Origin: Candidatus Omnitrophota bacterium
Lineage (GTDB): Bacteria; Omnitrophota; Gorgyraeia; Zapsychrales; Zapsychraceae
Length of the DNA stretch: 64,000 nucleotides
Direction of reading: 5' to 3'
Assembly: GCA_015233495.1 (NCBI GenBank)
Contig: JADFXQ010000002.1
Span: 34,390 to 98,389, forward strand
Shown here: piece by piece, positions 56,812 to 64,000 of the stretch
How positions within the stretch are numbered: the stretch's first letter is position 1
How the letters are laid out: each line of letters opens with the position of its first letter
Made by a program: the position numbers and the translations under genes
Notes under the pieces: model-generated
The model's input: only the letters and a program-made list of their open reading frames with translations
What the model was told of the DNA's origin: nothing
The model's database searches: none

Positions 56812-57864
56812 ATGGCTAAAACGAAGCGGGCTTTGATCACGGGAATTACCGGGCAGGATGGTTCGTATCTGACCGAACTTTTGCTGGAAAAAGGGTATGA
56901 AGTTTTTGGCTTGATTCGCCGGGCAAGTTCTTTTAACACTAAACGCATTGACCATCTTTATCAGGATCCGCATGAAAAAAAGGTCGGGTTGCATTTGGTC
57001 TATGGGGATCTCAATGACGCCAGTTCCTTGAACCGGATCATGAAAACCGTGAAACCCGACGAGGTATACAATTTGGGCGCGCAAAGTCATGTGCGGGTGA
57101 GCTTCGACGTCCCGGAATACACCGGAGAAATTGTCGCCTTAGGAACGGTCCGGTTGTTGGAAGCGATCCGGGACAGCGGGGTCCACAGTAAATTTTATCA
57201 AGCGTCGTCTTCGGAAATGTTCGGAAACGCTTCGGGCGATCCGCAAAATGAACAAACCGCTTTTTATCCGCGTAGTCCCTACGCGGCCGCGAAAGTCTAC
57301 GCGTATTGGATGACGGTCAATTACCGGGAAGCTTACAAAATGTTCGCCTGTAACGGAATCCTGTTTAATCATGAATCTCCCCGCCGGGGAGAAACATTTG
57401 TCACGCGCAAAATCACCATGGCCGTGGCCAAGATTAAGCACGGCGTGCAAGACAAGCTGTATTTGGGCAACCTCGACGCAAAACGCGATTGGGGATTTGC
57501 CGGCGATTATGTCGAAGCGATGTGGCTGATGTTGCAGCAACAGCAGCCGGACGATTATGTAATCGCGACTGGCGAAACGCATTCGGTAAAAGAATTTTTA
57601 CAAGCGGCTTTTGACTGCGCCGGACTGGATTGGCAAAAATATGTGGCAATCGATCCGCGGTATTTCCGTCCGACGGAAGTTGATTTTCTTTTAGGCGACA
57701 GCGCCAAGGCCCGTCAACAGTTGAAATGGAAGCCCCGGGTGGGTTTTAAAAAATTGGTTGCAATGATGGTGGCCGCGGATATGGAGCATATACAGCGAGA
57801 ATTGTATGGAAGTCAGGCCCAACCGGGAAAAACCCTGCCAGCGCTGCCGAGGAGGCCGGTTTGA
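56812..57864 (+). CDS. gmd: GDP-mannose 4,6-dehydratase
   Basis: [44 protein letters not shown] is the canonical Gmd N-terminus. 350 aa. Confidence 0.9.
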   Translation: MAKTKRALITGITGQDGSYLTELLLEKGYEVFGLIRRASSFNTKRIDHLYQDPHEKKVGLHLVYGDLNDASSLNRIMKTVKPDEVYNLGAQSHVRVSFDVPEYTGEIVALGTVRLLEAIRDSGVHSKFYQASSSEMFGNASGDPQNEQTAFYPRSPYAAAKVYAYWMTVNYREAYKMFACNGILFNHESPRRGETFVTRKITMAVAKIKHGVQDKLYLGNLDAKRDWGFAGDYVEAMWLMLQQQQPDDYVIATGETHSVKEFLQAAFDCAGLDWQKYVAIDPRYFRPTEVDFLLGDSAKARQQLKWKPRVGFKKLVAMMVAADMEHIQRELYGSQAQPGKTLPALPRRPV

Positions 57865-59285
57865 TGGAACCAGAGACTGCCGCTGATCGCCCGGATAATG
57901 GCGCGCCTACCGTTGCTTTGAAACGGTATGCATATTATGAACAGCTGTTGTCGCAGCAATACCGATATTTTGTGCCTGAAGGAAAAAAGGTTTTGTATAT
58001 CGGATGCCGTTCCGGCCGTATTTTGGCATCCTTGAACCCTGCCTATGCCGTGGGGATTGATCCGTCTTTAGAACACATCGAGATCGGCCGGCTGCAATAT
58101 CCGCAATCTCATTTTATCGCCGGGAAACCGGATACCGCCGTTTTGTCGCAATTGCGGCAAGTAGAGGGCGCCGGCAATTTTGATTATGTTATCCTATCGC
58201 ATATTTTGGGTACCTGTGATGACATTGAGGTCTTTTTGAAAGCGTTGCGGCCTTTTTGTTCTCCGGATACTCGCGTCATCATTGAATTCAACAGTTACTT
58301 GTGGCATTATCTTTTAAAGACCGCGGGTTTATTGCGGTTGATTTCGCCGCGCGGTATGGTGAATTGGTTGACCGAGGGGGATATCCGTAATTTTTTGACT
58401 TTGTCCGGCTATGAAATGATTAAAAATGAACGGACCATTCTTCTGCCGATCCGCGTTTGGGGATTGAGTTATGTGTTAAATAAATTTTTTGCGAAGATGC
58501 CTTTTTTTAACGCGTTGACCCTTAGTCATTTTATGATTGCCCGGCCGGTTTTTTCGGCAAATTCGGAGGATTCCGTAACCATTGTTATCCCGAGCCGCAA
58601 TGAAAAAGGCAATGTCGAATCAGCCATCTCCCGGACTCCGGAGTTTGGCGCCAGCCAGGAATTTATTTTCGTGGAAGGTCATTCCCGGGATGGGACGTAT
58701 GAGGAGATAGAGCGCGTCATTCAAAAATATCCCCGGAAAAACATCAAGCTGGTGAAACAAACCGGCGAAGGAAAAGGCGACGCGGTTCGGCAAGGTTTCC
58801 TTATGGCCGAGGGAAATATTTTGATGATTTTAGACGCGGATTTGACGGTGCCGCCGGAAGACTTGCCGAAGTTTTATGAGGCCTTGAAAGACAATAAAGG
58901 CGAATTTATCAACGGCTGTCGTCTGATTTATCCAATGGAAGACGAGGCGATGCGTTTTTTGAATTTGATTGCAAACAAATTTTTCGGTTTGTTTTTTTCG
59001 TGGTTGTTGGGGCAGAGGTTCAAAGACACACTGTGCGGGACAAAAGTTTTATACCGGCGGCATTATGAAGCCATTGCCGCGAACCGGCATTATTTCGGCG
59101 ATTTTGATCCGTTTGGCGATTTTGATTTGATTTTCGGAGCGATTAAATTGAACCTGAAGGTCATAGAGGTCCCGATCCGGTATAAAAACCGGATGTACGG
59201 CACGACGCAGATCAAACGATTCAAGCATGGGCTGTTATTGTTCCGGATGTGCGGCGTGGCAATGCGGAAGATCAAATTTATGTAA
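57864..59285 (+). CDS. bifunctional class I methyltransferase-domain / GT2 glycosyltransferase fusion
   Basis: N-terminal ~230 aa are methyltransferase-like (YIGCRSGRIL). C-terminal GT2 domain (VTIVIPSRNEKGNV...LDADLTVPPEDL). ATG at 57864 lies 7 nt after GAGGAGG; the ORF track starts at TTG 57861. Confidence 0.6.
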   Translation: MEPETAADRPDNGAPTVALKRYAYYEQLLSQQYRYFVPEGKKVLYIGCRSGRILASLNPAYAVGIDPSLEHIEIGRLQYPQSHFIAGKPDTAVLSQLRQVEGAGNFDYVILSHILGTCDDIEVFLKALRPFCSPDTRVIIEFNSYLWHYLLKTAGLLRLISPRGMVNWLTEGDIRNFLTLSGYEMIKNERTILLPIRVWGLSYVLNKFFAKMPFFNALTLSHFMIARPVFSANSEDSVTIVIPSRNEKGNVESAISRTPEFGASQEFIFVEGHSRDGTYEEIERVIQKYPRKNIKLVKQTGEGKGDAVRQGFLMAEGNILMILDADLTVPPEDLPKFYEALKDNKGEFINGCRLIYPMEDEAMRFLNLIANKFFGLFFSWLLGQRFKDTLCGTKVLYRRHYEAIAANRHYFGDFDPFGDFDLIFGAIKLNLKVIEVPIRYKNRMYGTTQIKRFKHGLLLFRMCGVAMRKIKFM

Positions 59286-60323
<1,038 letters not shown>

Positions 60324-60370
60324 ACATCAAATTTTATTCTTTAATGTATTTCAAATATCGGAGACGGGCT

Positions 60371-61567
60371 ATGAATAAAATGACCGTGCGGGACATTGAT
60401 CTGAAAGGCAAAAAAGTGATTATGCGCTGCGATTTCAACGTGCCGCTCGACGAGGCGCGGAAAATTACCAGCGATATGCGGATTAAAGCGGCAGTTCCCA
60501 CCATCAAGTATATTTTAGAGCAAAAACCGGCAAAATTGATTTTGATGAGCCATCTGGGGCGGCCGGACGGCGAGGTTATTGAAGAAGACCGGCTTACCCC
60601 AGTGGGGGAGCGTCTTGCTCAGCTGCTCGGCGAGCCGGTTTTGAAATTAGATGATTGTGTCGGCGACATTGTCAAAAATTCGATCGCTAAGTGTCCCGGC
60701 CGGGTTGTTTTATTAGAGAACCTGCGTTTTCATCAAGGAGAGACGAAAAATGATCCTGGGTTTGCCAAGCAATTGGCAGAGCTGGCCGATGTCTATGTGA
60801 ATGACGCGTTCGGCACCGCGCACCGGGCGCATGCCTCGACGCAGGGGATCACGCGATATTTACCGTCGGTAGCCGGATTTTTATTGGAAAAAGAATTGCA
60901 GTATCTGGGCGAGGCGGTAAATAACCCGACCCGTCCGCTGGTAGTGATTTTGGGCGGGGCCAAGGTTTCCGATAAAATTTTATTGATTGAAAATCTGCTG
61001 AACAAAGCCAATAGCATTTTGATCGGCGGCGGCATGGCCTATACGTTTTTAAAAGCCTTAGGCAAAAATATCGGCACGTCCTTGCTGGAAGCGGACAAGG
61101 TGGGGGTGGCCAAAGCTTTGATTGAAAAGGCCAAAGCCAAAGGCGTCCGTTTGGAATTGAGCTCGGATTTTGTGATTGTGCCGGATTTTGATAAACCGGA
61201 ACAAAAGCGGACCGTCACCGAAATTCCCGACGGATGGATGGCTTTGGATATCGGTCCTCAAACTATCGCCACGTTTAAAGAAGTTTTGTCCACGGCCAAG
61301 ACAGTGGTCTGGAACGGGCCTTTGGGGGTTTTTGAAAAAGAGGCTTACGCGACAGGCACGTTGGAAATCGCCAAAGCTTTGGCGGAGTTGACGGCAAAAG
61401 GCGTGAAAACGATCATCGGCGGCGGCGATTCCGCGTCCGCGGTGAAAAAAGCCAAGTTGTCTGATAAGATGACGCATATTTCGACGGGCGGCGGCGCGTC
61501 TTTGGAATTTTTGGAAGGGAAAGAGCTGCCGGGTGTCGCGGCGCTGAATGATAAAAAGGCGGGTTGA
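60371..61567 (+). CDS. pgk: phosphoglycerate kinase
   Basis: [28 protein letters not shown]-terminus and a glycine-rich C-terminal region ([17 protein letters not shown]). Confidence 0.9.
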   Translation: MNKMTVRDIDLKGKKVIMRCDFNVPLDEARKITSDMRIKAAVPTIKYILEQKPAKLILMSHLGRPDGEVIEEDRLTPVGERLAQLLGEPVLKLDDCVGDIVKNSIAKCPGRVVLLENLRFHQGETKNDPGFAKQLAELADVYVNDAFGTAHRAHASTQGITRYLPSVAGFLLEKELQYLGEAVNNPTRPLVVILGGAKVSDKILLIENLLNKANSILIGGGMAYTFLKALGKNIGTSLLEADKVGVAKALIEKAKAKGVRLELSSDFVIVPDFDKPEQKRTVTEIPDGWMALDIGPQTIATFKEVLSTAKTVVWNGPLGVFEKEAYATGTLEIAKALAELTAKGVKTIIGGGDSASAVKKAKLSDKMTHISTGGGASLEFLEGKELPGVAALNDKKAG

Positions 61568-61601
61568 GCAATTGGTTTTTTAAAATGGGAGGAAACGATT
61601 C

Positions 61602-62366
61602 ATGCGTAAACCAATCATCGCGGGCAATTGGAAATTGAATAAAACGAACCCGGAAGCTGTGGAATTGATCACCCAGATACGGCGGGATTTAACGGATGTA
61701 TCTAAAGTTGACGTGGTGGTGTGCCCGGTTTTTTTAGCCTTGGCGGACGCGCATGATGTTTTGCTGGAAACCAACATCGGGCTGGGCGCCCAGAATTTGT
61801 ATTGGGAAGATTCCGGGGCGTTTACCGGCGAAGTTTCCGCGCCGATGCTCAAGGCGGCGGGCGCGCAATATGTCATCATCGGGCATTCGGAACGCCGGCA
61901 ATATTTTGGCGAAACCGATCAAACCGTTAACAAAAAAATCAAAGCCGCGTTGAAATACGATCTGACCCCGATTGTTTGCGTTGGCGAGGTCTTAGCGGAA
62001 AGAGAATCGGGCAAGGCCTTTGAGGTGATCAAAACCCAATGCCAGGGAGGGTTTGCCGGGATAACCGCCGCGGAAATGGGCAGATTAGTGATCGCCTATG
62101 AACCGGTGTGGGCCATTGGCACCGGAAAAACCGCCACTCCGGCCCAAGCCCAGGAAGTGCACCAATTTATCCGTAAGTGGCTCGCGGACACTTATGGCCA
62201 GGATCTGGCGCAAACCGTGCGTATCCAATACGGCGGCAGTGTCAAGCCGGAAAACGCGAAAGAATTGATGGGCCAGGCCGACATTGACGGTTTTCTCGTC
62301 GGCGGCGCGAGTTTGAAAGCGGATTCTTTCGCGGCTATTATTAAAAACAGCCTATCCGCCGCTTAA
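61602..62366 (+). CDS. tpiA: triose-phosphate isomerase
   Basis: IIAGNWKLNKT, IIGHSERR and YEPVWAIGTG signatures. Confidence 0.9.
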   Translation: MRKPIIAGNWKLNKTNPEAVELITQIRRDLTDVSKVDVVVCPVFLALADAHDVLLETNIGLGAQNLYWEDSGAFTGEVSAPMLKAAGAQYVIIGHSERRQYFGETDQTVNKKIKAALKYDLTPIVCVGEVLAERESGKAFEVIKTQCQGGFAGITAAEMGRLVIAYEPVWAIGTGKTATPAQAQEVHQFIRKWLADTYGQDLAQTVRIQYGGSVKPENAKELMGQADIDGFLVGGASLKADSFAAIIKNSLSAA

Positions 62367-62411
62367 TCTCCGGGCAAATGGAGATCCGCGGCGATTTGTT
62401 AAGAGAATTTT

Positions 62412-63224
62412 ATGCGCAATGATACGGCGGTTATGGAAGGCGTGTTACGCTCCGCAACCATGCATCAGGAGTGGCAGGAAAACTTTTTATCCGGAGAGAA
62501 TGAATCGTTTTATAACCGGGTTTTTGATGATTTTTTTCAATCCCTGCGCATTGCTCCCGGCACGAAATTCTTGGACGCGGGATGCGGTCCTTCGCATAAA
62601 TCCGTTTTGCTGGCGCAACGCGGTTGTGAGGTCGATGCGGTAGACTTTTCGGAATTCATTTTGCGGCAGGCCGAAAAATACATTCGGGACAAACAGCTTA
62701 CGGAGCGCATTCATTTGCAGCGCGACAATCTTTTAGCGCTATCGTATCCGGACGGGCATTTTTCCCATGTTTTGTGCTGGGGCGTGCTATTGCATGTTCC
62801 GCAAGTCGAGAAAGCTATTGCTGAATTAGCCCGGGTGGTTAAGCCGGGCGGTTATTTGATCGTCACGGAAAACAATATGCGCTCTTTGCAATTGGTGGTA
62901 CAGCGGCGGCTTCGGCGGTTTTTCAGCAAAAATGTGGTCCGTTTTGAGCGTAAACCGTCTGGTTTGGAATCGTGGCGCGAAACGGATGTCGGACCGGTTT
63001 TAGCGAGACAGACGGATATGCGCTGGTTTATTCAAGCTTTTGAAGCGCAGGATTTGCGGCTTTGTCAGCATAAGGCGTGTCAATTTTCCGAAATTTACAC
63101 CAGCTTGCGGTCGCCGTTTTTAAAAAAACTGGTTCATGGGTTCAATGATTTTTGGTTTCAGCATATTAAAAATCCCGGGTGGGCTTTAGGAAATTTATTT
63201 ATATTTCAGAAAAACAATCATTAA
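62412..63224 (+). CDS. class I SAM-dependent methyltransferase
   Basis: FLDAGCGPSHKS motif I and the acidic motif II (EVDAVDFS). 270 aa. Confidence 0.55.
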   Translation: MRNDTAVMEGVLRSATMHQEWQENFLSGENESFYNRVFDDFFQSLRIAPGTKFLDAGCGPSHKSVLLAQRGCEVDAVDFSEFILRQAEKYIRDKQLTERIHLQRDNLLALSYPDGHFSHVLCWGVLLHVPQVEKAIAELARVVKPGGYLIVTENNMRSLQLVVQRRLRRFFSKNVVRFERKPSGLESWRETDVGPVLARQTDMRWFIQAFEAQDLRLCQHKACQFSEIYTSLRSPFLKKLVHGFNDFWFQHIKNPGWALGNLFIFQKNNH

Positions 63225-63243
63225 CGACAAAGGGTGGATTCTC

Positions 63244-63579
63244 ATGATGATTTTGGTTATTGTTCTTCACGCTTTGATTTGTGTGGCTTTGATTTTTATC
63301 ATCCTGATGCAATCGGGCCGGGGCGGCGGTTTGACTGAGGCTTTCTCGTCTGCGGAATCCGTGTTTGGCGCGCGCACGAACGATGTTTTGGTCAAAGGAA
63401 CGGGCATTTTGGCCGCGATTTTTTTAAGCGCTTGCATTGGCCTGGCAGTGATGTCCTCCAAAAAGAATCAGTCCTTGATGACCAATGTCCGGCCGATGAA
63501 AACGATAAATATCCCTTATCCTCAGCCGGAAGCGGCGCCGGTGCCGCCTAATAATCCGCCTGCCCCAGTAAAAAAATAG
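63244..63579 (+). CDS. secG: preprotein translocase subunit SecG
   Basis: LHALICVALIFIILMQSGRGGGL is typical of SecG. Conserved position after tpiA. Pro-rich C-terminal tail. Confidence 0.75.
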   Translation: MMILVIVLHALICVALIFIILMQSGRGGGLTEAFSSAESVFGARTNDVLVKGTGILAAIFLSACIGLAVMSSKKNQSLMTNVRPMKTINIPYPQPEAAPVPPNNPPAPVKK

Positions 63580-63620
63580 TCGGTTTGCGGTTTGGGGAAG
63601 AAAGGCGTTTGGCGAAACTC

Positions 63621-64000
63621 ATGCCGTTGCCGCGTTTTTTCAGCGCAATTTTATTTTCATTAGCCGGCGCTCTTTTTTTTGCGCCGCCGGCTTATGCTGC
63701 GGCAAAGCGTTTCGCGCCCTACGGCGGCCAGTTGGTCTTGGCCACGACTTCCGATCCTAAAACTTTCAACGATATAGTTGCCCGGGAAACCTCCTCAACC
63801 CAAATTACCGGCTTGATCTTTGAAGGTCTGACCACGGTGAATGCCGTGGATCTGCGGGTTGAACCGCTTTTGGCGCGCCGCTGGGAAGTGTCCGCGGACG
63901 GGTTGATCTGGACTTTTTATCTGCGCCGGGATGTCCGTTGGAATGACGGAATTCCTTTCACTGCCGCCGACGTGGTGTTCACCTTTAACGAGCTCATCTA
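63621..64000 (+). CDS. ABC transporter substrate-binding protein, family 5 (Opp/Dpp-like), 5' partial in window
   Basis: ATG at 63621, signal peptide (AGALFFAPPAYAAAK). LVLATTSDPKTFNDIV...RWEVSADGLIWTFYLRRDVRWNDGIPFTAADVVFTF matches SBP_bac_5. The ORF runs off the window end. Confidence 0.6.
   Translation, partial: MPLPRFFSAILFSLAGALFFAPPAYAAAKRFAPYGGQLVLATTSDPKTFNDIVARETSSTQITGLIFEGLTTVNAVDLRVEPLLARRWEVSADGLIWTFYLRRDVRWNDGIPFTAADVVFTFNELI

Overview
The window is a continuous run of cell-envelope glycan biosynthesis genes, interrupted by one giant gene and ending in conserved housekeeping genes. Genes overlap or sit a few bases apart, many with 4-bp ATGA stop/start overlaps, which points to long operons. 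Shine-Dalgarno signals are weak at several starts, and four calls (14603, 25779, 37874, 54525) start at GTG/TTG.

Layout by position:
- 36-5666: a sugar isomerase, two short-chain dehydrogenases and two paralogous large transferase-like proteins.
- 5668-14562: a complete CMP-nonulosonic acid pathway of the legionaminic/pseudaminic type. Present: NeuA-like cytidylyltransferase, 4,6-dehydratase/epimerase, DegT-type aminotransferase, NeuB-like synthase, NeuC-like hydrolysing 2-epimerase, PtmE-like CBS-nucleotidyltransferase. Unusual: a truncated NeuD-like acetyltransferase, a sugar formyltransferase and an LmbE-like deacetylase.
- 14603-20788: a fused ABC exporter, a B12-binding radical SAM enzyme, a Trm112-like methyltransferase and a third paralog of the transferase-like family.
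- 20773-34336: a glycan assembly block with GT-C-fold membrane proteins, a GT2, two GT4s, a Wzy/O-antigen-ligase-like protein, a NodB deacetylase and GNAT and hexapeptide acetyltransferases.
- 34335-37750: a 3.4-kb insert bounded by a perfect 18-bp inverted repeat. It holds a lipoprotein, a GC-rich structured non-coding segment, a 303-bp MITE-like element, a zinc-ribbon membrane protein and a secreted GH26-like hydrolase.
- 37874-50548: a single 12.7-kb ORF encoding a signal-peptide-bearing 4224-aa protein, the most striking feature. Its domain order resembles eukaryotic midasin/Rea1: about six AAA+ (AAA_5/MoxR-type) modules in a 3+3 arrangement, separated by a tandemly duplicated ~520-aa Trp-rich beta-propeller-like module, then an acidic linker, a transglutaminase-like Cys-His-Asp core and a C-terminal vWA domain with an intact MIDAS motif. 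It also carries a perfect in-frame 60-bp tandem duplication.
- 50622-54357 (minus strand): a methyltransferase, a GtrB/ArnC-like GT2 and an ArnT/PMT-like GT-C enzyme, converging on the giant gene.
- 54525-60316: WecB/TagA-family transferase, initiating polyprenyl-phosphate sugar phosphotransferase, gmd, a methyltransferase-GT2 fusion and fcl (GDP-fucose branch).
- 60371-64000: pgk-tpiA-methyltransferase-secG, preceded by a near-consensus sigma70 promoter embedded in the fcl 3' end, then a partial oligopeptide-type substrate-binding protein.

I found no rRNA, tRNA, CRISPR array, transposase or integrase. The gene content and giant-gene style resemble uncultivated lineages such as Omnitrophota, but that is inference only.
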